Shown: one piece after another, positions 1-7,801 of the stretch
How the letters are laid out: every line of letters starts with the position of its first letter
Position numbering within the stretch: the first letter of the stretch is position 1
Assembly (NCBI GenBank): GCA_041611735.1
Contig: JBFIML010000077.1
Coordinates: 1-11,145, forward strand
DNA length: 11,145 bases
Reading direction: 5' to 3'
Source: Myxococcota bacterium
Lineage (GTDB): Bacteria > Myxococcota_A > UBA9160 > PR03
Notes under the pieces: generated by a model
What the model was told of the DNA's origin: nothing
Database searches by the model: none
Seen by the model: the letters and a program-made list of their open reading frames with translations, nothing else
Position numbers and translations under genes: made by a program

Positions 1-528
1 CTGCGGGTGAACACGGCAGGGGTGATTCCGCCGATCTTCGCCTCCTCCATCCTCATGTTCCCGCTGACGGTGGGTCAGTTTGTCGAGTCCGCCGGCTTGC
101 AGGAGTTCATCCAGGACTACTTGAACTTCGGAGGCGTGCTCTACAACTCCATCTACGTGGCCCTGATCATCTTCTTCTGTTTCTTCTACACGGCCATCGT
201 GATCAACCCGGTGGACGTGGCCGAGAACATCAAGCGGTTCGGGGGCTACATCCCGGGCATCCGGCCCGGAAAGCGCACGGCGGAATTCATCGATCGAATC
301 CTGGCGCGACTCACCCTGATCGGGGCCGTCTACGTCTCGGTGGTGTGCCTGCTCCCGGTCCTGCTCTCGAATCGGATGCAGGTGCCCTTCTTCTTCGGCG
401 GGACCGCGCTCCTCATCGTGGTGGGCGTGGCCCTGGACACGATCGGCCAGATCGAGGCGCATCTGGTCTCGCGCCAGTACGAGGGGTTCGTGCGGGGAAC
501 GCGCATGCGGGGCAGGCTGGGGCGATGA
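1..528 (+). CDS. secY: Preprotein translocase subunit SecY, 5'-truncated by the window edge (C-terminal part)
   Basis: Frame is open from base 1 ([16 protein letters not shown]). It contains the SecY motifs [13 protein letters not shown] and [18 protein letters not shown], lies directly upstream of adk, and stops at TGA 526-528. Confidence 0.98.
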   Translation: MRVNTAGVIPPIFASSILMFPLTVGQFVESAGLQEFIQDYLNFGGVLYNSIYVALIIFFCFFYTAIVINPVDVAENIKRFGGYIPGIRPGKRTAEFIDRILARLTLIGAVYVSVVCLLPVLLSNRMQVPFFFGGTALLIVVGVALDTIGQIEAHLVSRQYEGFVRGTRMRGRLGR

Positions 529-1097
529 GCGCGCGTAGGCTGCTGCTGCTCGGGCCTCCCGGCGCCGGGAAGGGAACCCAGGCCTCGCGGCTGGTCGATC
601 GGCTGCGCATTCCGAAGATCTCCACGGGGGACATGCTGCGGGAGGCGGTCGAGCAGGACACCCCGGTGGGACGTGTGGCCAGGATCCACATGGACCGGGG
701 AGAGTTGGTTCCGGATTCGGTGGTGATCGGCGTGGCGGAGGACCGCCTGCGCCGCTCGGATGCCAAGGACGGATTCATCCTGGACGGATTCCCGCGGACC
801 CGGGCGCAGGCGCAGGCTCTCGATGCCCTGCTCGGGCGGCTCGGGACGCACCTGGACGCGTGCCTGGCCCTCCAGGTGGACGAGGACGTGTTGGTGAAGC
901 GACTGCTGGGCCGCGCGCGAATCGAACAGCGCTCGGACGACAACGAGGAGGCCATCCGCATCCGGATGCAGGTCTATCGCCAGCAGACGGAGCCGCTGGT
1001 GGCCTACTACCGCGAGCGCCGTATCCTGCAGGAAGTGGATGGCATGGGCAGCGTGGAGCAGGTGGCCGAGCGGATCACCAAGGCGCTGGAAGGATGA
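525..1097 (+). CDS. adk: Adenylate kinase, short-LID type (190 aa)
   Basis: ATG 525 overlaps the secY stop (ATGA). Motifs: P-loop [42 protein letters not shown]. The ORF-track extension back to 345 is not part of the protein. Confidence 0.97.
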   Translation: MSARRLLLLGPPGAGKGTQASRLVDRLRIPKISTGDMLREAVEQDTPVGRVARIHMDRGELVPDSVVIGVAEDRLRRSDAKDGFILDGFPRTRAQAQALDALLGRLGTHLDACLALQVDEDVLVKRLLGRARIEQRSDDNEEAIRIRMQVYRQQTEPLVAYYRERRILQEVDGMGSVEQVAERITKALEG

Positions 1098-1885
1098 GCA
1101 TGTACGGCGAGGCGATCCCCGTCAAGAGCCGTCGCGAGATCGAGAAGATGCGCGAAGCGACGCGTCACGTGGCGGAGATCCTGATCGAGCTGCGGGAGCT
1201 GGCGAAGCCGGGTGTGACCACCCGCGAGCTGGAGGAGCACGCGCGGTCTGCGATCCGGCGCAGGCGGGTCGTATCCTCCTTCGAGGGCTACGGCCCGCAT
1301 GGCCTGCCGAAGTACCCGGCGGTGGTGTGCATCTCCGTGAACGACGAGGTGGTGCACGGCATTCCGGGGGCCCGGGAGCTCAAGGAGGGAGACCTCCTGA
1401 GCCTCGACTTCGGGGTTTCCGTGGACGGCTACCACGGCGACTCGGCGCTGACGCTGCCGATCGGCGACGTGAGCGAGACGAGCGTGCGTCTGCTGCAGAC
1501 GACGCGCGAGGCCCTCTACCGGGGCATCGAGCAGATGCTGCCGGGGCAGCGGCTCTCGGACATCGGCCACGCCGTGCAGGCGCGGGTCGAGGCGGATGGA
1601 TTCTCGGTGGTGCGTCAGTTCGTGGGTCACGGGATCGGGCGGAGCCTGCACGAGCCTCCGCAGATCCCGAACTTCGGCGACCCGGGTCGGGGCCCCCGGC
1701 TGCGACCGGGCATGACCTTCGCAATCGAGCCGATGGTCACGCTGGGCGGCCCCGACGTCCGCATCCTGGAGGACGGCTGGACCGCAGTCACGGAGGACGG
1801 CTCCCTGGCGGCGCATTTCGAGCACACGGTGCTCGTCACGGAGCACGGTCCCGAGATCCTCACGCGCGTGGAGGGTTCCCATTGA
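1094..1885 (+). CDS. map: Type I methionine aminopeptidase (263 aa)
   Basis: ATG 1094 overlaps the adk stop (ATGA); alternative ATG at 1100. Motifs: [38 protein letters not shown], which carry all five metal ligands. Confidence 0.97.
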   Translation: MSMYGEAIPVKSRREIEKMREATRHVAEILIELRELAKPGVTTRELEEHARSAIRRRRVVSSFEGYGPHGLPKYPAVVCISVNDEVVHGIPGARELKEGDLLSLDFGVSVDGYHGDSALTLPIGDVSETSVRLLQTTREALYRGIEQMLPGQRLSDIGHAVQARVEADGFSVVRQFVGHGIGRSLHEPPQIPNFGDPGRGPRLRPGMTFAIEPMVTLGGPDVRILEDGWTAVTEDGSLAAHFEHTVLVTEHGPEILTRVEGSH

Positions 1886-1907
1886 GAGCCGACGGGGACT
1901 CGGAACC

Positions 1908-2021
1908 ATGAAGGTGCGCGCCTCGGTCAAGCGCATTTGCGACAAGTGTCGGATCATCAAGCGACGCGGTGTCGTCCGGGTGATCTGCGAGAACCCCAAA
2001 CACAAGCAACGGCAGGGTTGA
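1908..2021 (+). CDS. rpmJ: 50S ribosomal protein L36 (bL36), zinc-ribbon form, 37 aa; not in the ORF track
   Basis: Manual translation gives [37 protein letters not shown]. Canonical position upstream of rpsM. Confidence 0.98.
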   Translation: MKVRASVKRICDKCRIIKRRGVVRVICENPKHKQRQG

Positions 2022-2030
2022 GGAACCAGC

Positions 2031-2414
2031 ATGGCACGCATCGCGGGGATCGATCTACCGCGCCAGAAGCGACTCGAAGTGGCGTTGACCTACATCCACG
2101 GGATCGGACGGAGCGGAGCGCGGAAAATCTGCGAGAAGGCCGGCGTGGACGCATCCGCCAAGACCGACCAGCTCGGCGAGGGGGAGGTCATCCGGCTGCG
2201 CGACATCATCGAGAAGGAGCACAAGGTGGAGGGCGACCTTCGCCGCGAGGTCTCCCAGAACATCAAGCTGCTGATGGACATCGGCTGCTACCGCGGGCTG
2301 CGTCATCGCCGAGGCCTGCCGGTGCGGGGCCAGCGGACCCATACCAACGCGCGAACCCGCAAGGGGCCGCGCAAGACCGTGGCCGGGAAGAAGCGAGCCC
2401 CGGCCAAGAAGTGA
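2031..2414 (+). CDS. rpsM: 30S ribosomal protein S13 (uS13)
   Basis: [10 protein letters not shown] start and [26 protein letters not shown] signature. GAGGA RBS overlaps the rpmJ stop. Confidence 0.99.
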   Translation: MARIAGIDLPRQKRLEVALTYIHGIGRSGARKICEKAGVDASAKTDQLGEGEVIRLRDIIEKEHKVEGDLRREVSQNIKLLMDIGCYRGLRHRRGLPVRGQRTHTNARTRKGPRKTVAGKKRAPAKK

Positions 2415-2421
2415 TCCAATC

Positions 2422-2802
2422 ATGAAGAAGGGCGCGAAGAAGAAGGTCAAGAAGAACGTGGCGACGGGCGTGGCGCACGTGCAGTCCACGTTCAACAACA
2501 CGCTGATCACGATTACCGATGGCGCAGGCAACACGCTTGCCTGGTCTAGCGCCGGCGGGCACGGCTTCAAGGGCTCGCGCAAGTCGACGCCTTTCGCGGC
2601 GCAGGTCGCGGCGGAGGACTGTGCGCGCAAGGCCATGGAGCACGGCGTCCGCACCCTGAACGTGTACGTCAAGGGTCCCGGCGCTGGTCGCGAATCGGCG
2701 CTGCGGGCGCTGCAGGCGGCCGGATTGCGCGTGTCGATGATCCGGGACGTGACGCCGATTCCGCACAACGGCTGCCGACCGCCCAAGCGGCGGCGGGTCT
2801 GA
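2422..2802 (+). CDS. rpsK: 30S ribosomal protein S11 (uS11)
   Basis: Motifs [29 protein letters not shown] and [18 protein letters not shown]. Confidence 0.99.
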   Translation: MKKGAKKKVKKNVATGVAHVQSTFNNTLITITDGAGNTLAWSSAGGHGFKGSRKSTPFAAQVAAEDCARKAMEHGVRTLNVYVKGPGAGRESALRALQAAGLRVSMIRDVTPIPHNGCRPPKRRRV

Positions 2803-2805
2803 CGC

Positions 2806-2812
2806 GAGGAGG
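2806..2812 (+). promoter_or_regulatory. Shine-Dalgarno site of rpsD
   Basis: GAGGAGG located 8 nt upstream of ATG 2821. Confidence 0.75.
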
Positions 2813-2820
2813 GCGAGGGC

Positions 2821-3447
2821 ATGGCACGCTACACGGGGCCGGCCTGCCGGCAGTGCCGCCGCGAGGCGACCAAGCTGTTCCTGAAGGGCGACCGCTGCTT
2901 CAGCGAGAAATGCGCGATCGAGCGGCGCAACTACCCCCCCGGGCAGCACGGGCAGGGGCGTTCCCGGGTTTCCGATTACGGCCTCCAGCTGCGCGAGAAG
3001 CAGAAGGTGAAGCGGATGTACGGACTGCTCGAGAAGCAGTTCCGGCACACCATGTCCACCGCCACCCGCATGAAGGGGCGCGCCGGTGAGAATCTCCTCA
3101 CCCTGCTCGAGCGCCGGCTCGACAATGCGGTGTTCCGTCTCGGTTTCGCGACCTCGCGGGCCGAAGGTCGCCAGTTGGTGCGGCACCGTCACTTCCTCGT
3201 GAACGGGCGGCGGGTGAACGTGCCTTCCTTCCAGGTCAAGCCCGGCATGAAGATCACACTGGCCGAGAAGTCGCGGTCGATCGCCCGCATCACGGGGGCG
3301 CTGGAGGCCATCGAGCGGCGCAGCATTCCGGGCTGGCTCGAGCTGGAGAAGGAAAACTTCGAGGGTGTCGTGAAGGCATTGCCGACGCGCGAGGACGTCA
3401 CGATGCCGATCCAGGAACAGCTGATCGTCGAGCTCTACTCCCGCTAG
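2821..3447 (+). CDS. rpsD: 30S ribosomal protein S4 (uS4), four-Cys form
   Basis: [15 protein letters not shown]...RCFSEKC, PGQHG, QLREKQK, LERRLDN, and C-terminal LIVELYSR. Confidence 0.99.
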   Translation: MARYTGPACRQCRREATKLFLKGDRCFSEKCAIERRNYPPGQHGQGRSRVSDYGLQLREKQKVKRMYGLLEKQFRHTMSTATRMKGRAGENLLTLLERRLDNAVFRLGFATSRAEGRQLVRHRHFLVNGRRVNVPSFQVKPGMKITLAEKSRSIARITGALEAIERRSIPGWLELEKENFEGVVKALPTREDVTMPIQEQLIVELYSR

Positions 3448-3483
3448 GGCGACGGTGAGCGCAAGGATAGGGGGCGATCTTCC

Positions 3484-4512
3484 ATGCAACAGGAGCTGAT
3501 CACCAGGAACTGGCGGGCGCTGATCCGTCCGCGTCGGCTCGAGTTCGAAGCGGAGACCCAGACACCCAGCTACGGGCGGTTCTGGTGTGAACCGCTGGAA
3601 CGGGGCTTCGGCGTCACCCTGGGGAATGCCCTGCGGCGAGTGTTGCTTTCTTCACTTCAGGGCGCCGCCATCACCTCGGTTCGGATCGACGGAGTGCTGC
3701 ACGAGTTCTCGACCATCCCGGGTGTGATCGAAGACGTGAGCGAGATGATCCTGAACCTGAAGGAAGTCCGCATGCGCTTGCACGTGGAAGGGCCGCGGAC
3801 GCTGCGCTTGCACAAGAAGGGCGGGGGGGTGCTCTCGGCGGGCGAGCTCGTTTCCGACGATTCTGCCATCGAAGTGCTGAACCCGGAGCATCGCATCGCC
3901 ACGCTGGCCAGCGAGGCCAACGTGGAGATGGAGCTCACCGTGGGCACGGGCAAGGGGTACGTTCCGGCCGAGAAGAACAAGACCGAGGAGATGGCGATCG
4001 GCACCATTCCGATCGACTCGATCTTTTCCCCGGTGCGGCGCGTCAACTACACGGTGACGCCCGCACGCGTGGGTCGGGAGACGGACTTCGACCGCCTGAA
4101 TCTCGAGGTTTGGACGGACGGAGCGGTGGCGCCCGTGGATGCGGTCGCCTACGCCGCGAAGATCCTGAAGGACCAGCTCTCCATCTTCATCAGCTTCGAG
4201 GAGGCCGCCGAGGTCCCCGTGGCAGCCGCAGAGGAAGCAGAGGGTCTCAATGCGAACCTGTTCCGGCCGGTCGACGAGCTCGAGCTCTCGGTTCGCTCCG
4301 CCAATTGCCTCCAGAACGCCAACATCAAGTACATCGGAGAGCTGGTGCAGCGAAGCGAGGCAGAGATGTTGCGCACGAAGAACTTCGGGCGCAAGTCGCT
4401 GAACGAGATCAAGCAGCTGCTGGCGACCATGAGCCTCGCGCTGGGCATGACCCTGGAGGCCTTCCCGGAGCGCAAGGAGCTGGATCGCCTCCGGGAGCAG
4501 CGCGAGGCCTAG
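3484..4512 (+). CDS. rpoA: DNA-directed RNA polymerase subunit alpha
   Basis: [47 protein letters not shown], and alpha-[13 protein letters not shown]...[11 protein letters not shown]. Confidence 0.99.
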   Translation: MQQELITRNWRALIRPRRLEFEAETQTPSYGRFWCEPLERGFGVTLGNALRRVLLSSLQGAAITSVRIDGVLHEFSTIPGVIEDVSEMILNLKEVRMRLHVEGPRTLRLHKKGGGVLSAGELVSDDSAIEVLNPEHRIATLASEANVEMELTVGTGKGYVPAEKNKTEEMAIGTIPIDSIFSPVRRVNYTVTPARVGRETDFDRLNLEVWTDGAVAPVDAVAYAAKILKDQLSIFISFEEAAEVPVAAAEEAEGLNANLFRPVDELELSVRSANCLQNANIKYIGELVQRSEAEMLRTKNFGRKSLNEIKQLLATMSLALGMTLEAFPERKELDRLREQREA

Positions 4513-4513
4513 C

Positions 4514-5137
4514 ATGCGGCACCGCAAGCTCGCGACCAAGCTCGGGCGTTCGAGCTCGCATCGGCGCGCGATGTTTCGCAACCTGGTCACCTCGCTGCTC
4601 GAACACGAGCGGATCGAAACGACACACGTCAAGGCCAAGCAGGTGCGGCGCCTGGCGGATCGAATGATCACGCTCGGCAAGCGGGGCACGCTGCACGCGC
4701 GTCGACGGGCTCTGCGCGTCGTGCGCAGCCGCCAGGTGGCGTCCAAGCTGTTCGCGGAGCTGGCGGACCGCTACCGGGAGCGGCCGGGGGGCTACACGCG
4801 GGTGGTGAGGTCGCGACAACGCGTGGGGGACGCCGCGCCGCTGTCCATGGTGGAGCTGGTGGAGGGCAGTGCGGGGGCGCCGCCGCCGCCGAAGGAGAAG
4901 CGGCGGCGGCGGAGCCAGCCCAGCCAGACCGCCGAGGCCACCCCCGCTCGGCCGCGCCGGGGCCGGGGCAAGGCGGCCGCCGAGGAGACCGCGAAGCCGA
5001 CCCGCGGCCGGGGCGCGGGCGCCCGGGAGGCGGGCAAGAAGGCCGAGAAGCGGCCCGACAAGAAGACGGGGCCGGGCCGGGGCGGCCGCAGGAGCGCGAG
5101 GACCACCAAGGGCTCGGACGGGAAGAAGTCCTCCTGA
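4514..5137 (+). CDS. rplQ: 50S ribosomal protein L17 (bL17) with a ~90-aa basic low-complexity C-terminal extension
   Basis: MRHRK..KLGRSSSHRRAMFRNL, IETT..KAK, RPGGYTR, GDAAP. Starts after a 1-nt gap from the rpoA stop. Confidence 0.97.
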   Translation: MRHRKLATKLGRSSSHRRAMFRNLVTSLLEHERIETTHVKAKQVRRLADRMITLGKRGTLHARRRALRVVRSRQVASKLFAELADRYRERPGGYTRVVRSRQRVGDAAPLSMVELVEGSAGAPPPPKEKRRRRSQPSQTAEATPARPRRGRGKAAAEETAKPTRGRGAGAREAGKKAEKRPDKKTGPGRGGRRSARTTKGSDGKKSS

Positions 5138-5151
5138 GTTCCCGCCTGGGA

Positions 5152-5667
5152 GTGCTGGGCATCGCCCTCGTGCTGGCGGCGGGCGCGGCGGTGCTCCTGT
5201 TTGGCGAGCGGGCGGACGACCCGCTCGTCCCGGGGCGCACGGCTCCCGGTTTCCGCCTGTCCCACCTGGGCGGGCAGGGCACCCTCGAGCTGGACGAACT
5301 GCGTGGGCGGGTGGTGCTGCTGAACTTCTGGGCCACTTGGTGCAAGCCCTGCGAGGACGAGATGCCGGCCATGGAGCGCCTGTACGGGCGACTCGGACAG
5401 GAGGACTTCGAGCTGGTGGCGGTCTCCGTGGACGACGACCCGGAGGCGGTCGAGGCCTTTCGCCGGCGGCTCGGGCTGACGTTTCCCGTCCTGCTCGACC
5501 CCGGGGCGCGCGTGGCACGACGCTACCAGACCACGGGCTATCCGGAGTCCTTCCTCATCGACCGGGCGGGCATCCTCGTCTTCAAGTACGTGGGGCCGCG
5601 CGACTGGGACGTCCCGGCCTACGAGGCGCGGGTCCGGCGCCTGATCGAGGCGGGCGCTGCTCGCTGA
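5152..5667 (+). CDS. Membrane-anchored TlpA/ResA-family thiol-disulfide oxidoreductase (start uncertain: GTG 5152 or CTG 5134)
   Basis: N-terminal hydrophobic anchor, APGF-L motif, VVLLNFWATWCKPC..EMP (CxxC at 5341-5352), and cis-Pro motif GYPESFLID..G. Confidence 0.92.
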   Translation: MLGIALVLAAGAAVLLFGERADDPLVPGRTAPGFRLSHLGGQGTLELDELRGRVVLLNFWATWCKPCEDEMPAMERLYGRLGQEDFELVAVSVDDDPEAVEAFRRRLGLTFPVLLDPGARVARRYQTTGYPESFLIDRAGILVFKYVGPRDWDVPAYEARVRRLIEAGAAR

Positions 5668-5682
5668 ACGTGGCGGGCTTGC

Positions 5683-5711
5683 TTGGCGCGAGCGCTCTGG
5701 AGGGCTAGGTT
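5683..5711 (+). promoter_or_regulatory. Candidate sigma70-type promoter for ftsB
   Basis: TTGGCG (5683-5688), 17-nt spacer, TAGGTT (5706-5711) in the 70-nt intergenic gap. A G-rich RBS (G7-AGGG, 5727-5737) precedes ATG 5738. Confidence 0.45.
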
Positions 5712-5737
5712 CCTCGAACGCCACCCGGGGGGGAGGG

Positions 5738-6034
5738 ATGCGCGCCGTCGGGCTCGTCCTGGCGCCGCTGGCAGCGGCGCTCGTTTTCGCCGGGTTCGAC
5801 TCGGACGCGGGGATCCGAACCTGGTGGCGACTGCGAGCCGACCTCGCAGCCGCCGAGGAACGCATCACCGCTCTGCACGTGGAGGTGGAGGCGCTGGAGC
5901 GCTCCGCCGGCGCGTTGCGCCAGGAGCCCTTCGCGCTGGAACGGGCGATCCGTGAGGATCTCGATTGGGTGCGTCCCGGCGAGGTGCTCGTCCGGATGCC
6001 CGTGGAGAACGACGCGCCGGCGCCCCTTCCTTGA
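5738..6034 (+). CDS. ftsB: FtsB/DivIC-family septum formation initiator
   Basis: 98 aa: short N-terminus, one TM helix, Leu-periodic coiled coil (LRADLAAAEERITALHVEVEALERSAGAL), and C-terminal LERAIREDLDWVRPGE resembling the FtsB/DivIC E..AR..L....PGE motif. Confidence 0.85.
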   Translation: MRAVGLVLAPLAAALVFAGFDSDAGIRTWWRLRADLAAAEERITALHVEVEALERSAGALRQEPFALERAIREDLDWVRPGEVLVRMPVENDAPAPLP

Positions 6035-6059
6035 CGGGTCCCGAGCCCGGGGGGATGCT
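6031..6059 (+). promoter_or_regulatory. Candidate sigma70-type promoter for argS
   Basis: TTGACG (6031-6036, containing the ftsB stop), 17-nt spacer, GATGCT (6054-6059). The -10 match is weak. Confidence 0.3.
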
Positions 6060-6067
6060 CAGCAGCC

Positions 6068-7801
6068 ATGAAGGAGCAGCTCCTGGAACGGCTCCAGGCC
6101 GCCGTCGTATCCCTGCTGACCGAGGCCGGCGACGCCGACGAGCCCCCGGCCTTCGCCCTGGAGGTGCCTCGTCAGGCGGAGCACGGGGACTTCGCCTGCA
6201 ACGCGGCCCTGCTGCTGGCCCGACGCCTGCGCCGGCCGCCGCGGGTCATCGCGGAGCACTTGCTGGGCGCGCTGGGCGACGCGGGGGGCCTGCTGGCCCG
6301 CTCGGAGGTGGCGGGGCCGGGTTTCGTGAACCTCTGGGTCGCGGACGCTTGCTGGCGTGCCCAGCTCCTGGAGATCCTCCGCCAGGGGGTCCGCTTCGGC
6401 CGGGTCGCCGCCGTGGCGCCCGAGCGGGTCCAGGTGGAGTTCGTGTCGGCCAACCCGACGGGTCCCCTCACCCTCGGACACGGTCGCCAGGCGGTGCTCG
6501 GCGACTGTATCGCACGCCTCCTCGAGGCACAGGGACACGACGTCACGCGGGAGTACTACTTCAACGACGGCGGCCGTCAGATGCGTGTCCTGGGCCAATC
6601 GGTCAAGGCCCGCTACCTGGAGCAGCTCGGCCGCGCCGCCCCTCCGCCGCCGGAGGCGCTGGCGGATTCCAGGACGACCTGGCCCGATCAGGCGGGGGGG
6701 CTCCCGGTCGTCTTCCCCCGCGACGGCTACCAGGGCGCCTACGTGGGGGAGATCGCGGCCGAGCTGGCGGAGAAGCACGCGGACGCCCTGGTGGAGGAGC
6801 CGGCGGACGGGGCCTTCCGACGCGTGGCCGAGGAACGGATCTTCGCCGACATCCGCGCTACGCTGGCCGCTCTCGGCGTCGGCTTCGATGTCTTCAGCAA
6901 CGAGACCTCCCTGTACCAGGAGGGAAAGGTCGACGCCGCCATCGCCGACCTGCGGGCCAAGGGCCTCGTCTACGACGCGGACGGCGCCGTGTGGCTGCGG
7001 GCGACGGCGCTCGGCCTGGACCGCGACCGGGTGCTCGTCAAGCGCACCGGAGAAGCCACCTATCTCACGCCGGACATCGCCTACCATCGGGAGAAGTTCC
7101 GACGAGGCTTCGAGCGGGTGATCGACGTGCAAGGCGCCGACCACATCGAGCAGTTTCCCTTCGTGCGCACCGCGGCCGCCGCTCTGGGCTGCGACCCGGA
7201 GCGCATGGAGCTGGTGATGCACCAGTTCGTCACCCTGACCCGTGGCGGGCAGCAGGTGAAGCAGTCCACGCGGCGGGCCACCTACGTCACCGTGGACGAG
7301 CTGCTCGAAGAGGTCGGGCGGGACGTATTCCGCTTCTTCATGATCCAGCGCAAGGCCGACGCCCATCTGGACTTCGACCTGGACTTGGCCACCGAGGTCG
7401 ACTGGAAGAAGAACCCCGCCTACTACGTGCAGTATGCCTACGCCCGCACCCAGGGCATCGCGCGCAAGGCCGAGGAGCAGGGCGTCGCCCTGCCCGAGCC
7501 GGAACGCCTGGATCCGGGCCCGCTGCTCCTGCCCGAGGAGCTGGATCTGATCAAGAAGCTGGCGGCCTTTCCCGACGTGGTGGCCCACGCGGCCGACCAG
7601 CGCGAGCCGCACCACCTGGCCTACTACCTGCGCGAGGTGGCCGGGCTCTGGAACCCCTACCTCCAGGACGGCACCCGGCACCGGGTGCTGGCGGACGACC
7701 CGGCCCTCAGCGCGGCACGGCTCGGCCTGGCCCGGGCGGTGCAGACGGTGCTGGCCAACGGTCTGGGGCTGCTCGCCATCTCGGCCCCGGAGCGCATGTG
7801 A
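6068..7801 (+). CDS. argS: Arginine--tRNA ligase
   Basis: HGDFACNAAL, AGPGFVN, VEFVSANPTGPLTLGHGR, EYYFNDGG.Q, TYL..DIAYH..K, GADH, LDFDLDLA, NP.YYVQYA.AR, and C-terminal APERM. Confidence 0.98.
   Translation: MKEQLLERLQAAVVSLLTEAGDADEPPAFALEVPRQAEHGDFACNAALLLARRLRRPPRVIAEHLLGALGDAGGLLARSEVAGPGFVNLWVADACWRAQLLEILRQGVRFGRVAAVAPERVQVEFVSANPTGPLTLGHGRQAVLGDCIARLLEAQGHDVTREYYFNDGGRQMRVLGQSVKARYLEQLGRAAPPPPEALADSRTTWPDQAGGLPVVFPRDGYQGAYVGEIAAELAEKHADALVEEPADGAFRRVAEERIFADIRATLAALGVGFDVFSNETSLYQEGKVDAAIADLRAKGLVYDADGAVWLRATALGLDRDRVLVKRTGEATYLTPDIAYHREKFRRGFERVIDVQGADHIEQFPFVRTAAAALGCDPERMELVMHQFVTLTRGGQQVKQSTRRATYVTVDELLEEVGRDVFRFFMIQRKADAHLDFDLDLATEVDWKKNPAYYVQYAYARTQGIARKAEEQGVALPEPERLDPGPLLLPEELDLIKKLAAFPDVVAHAADQREPHHLAYYLREVAGLWNPYLQDGTRHRVLADDPALSAARLGLARAVQTVLANGLGLLAISAPERM

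Noticed and set aside
345..1093. N-terminal extensions of adk (from 345) and map (from 860) in the ORF track; likewise lepB from 9730
   Set aside because: Same -1 frame artefact. Homology begins at the ATGA/GTGA overlaps at 525, 1094 and 10258.
3448..3483. Structured regulatory element in the rpsD-rpoA spacer
   Set aside because: Only a weak 5-bp stem (AGGAT/ATCTT) around a G-rich RBS, which is not distinguishable from chance.
5671..5684. TGGCGGGCTTGC as a sigma54 -24/-12 promoter
   Set aside because: GG-to-GC spacing is 7 nt instead of the strictly required 10 nt.
5965..7797. 611-codon open frame upstream of and continuous with the SPOR gene, suggesting a giant protein or an ArgRS-SPOR frameshift fusion
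   Set aside because: It is the -1 frame of argS, where stops need T at codon position 3 and are rare in GC3-rich genes. The translation is low-complexity R/G/P/A, I saw no convincing slippery site, and ArgRS needs its own C-terminal ERM end.
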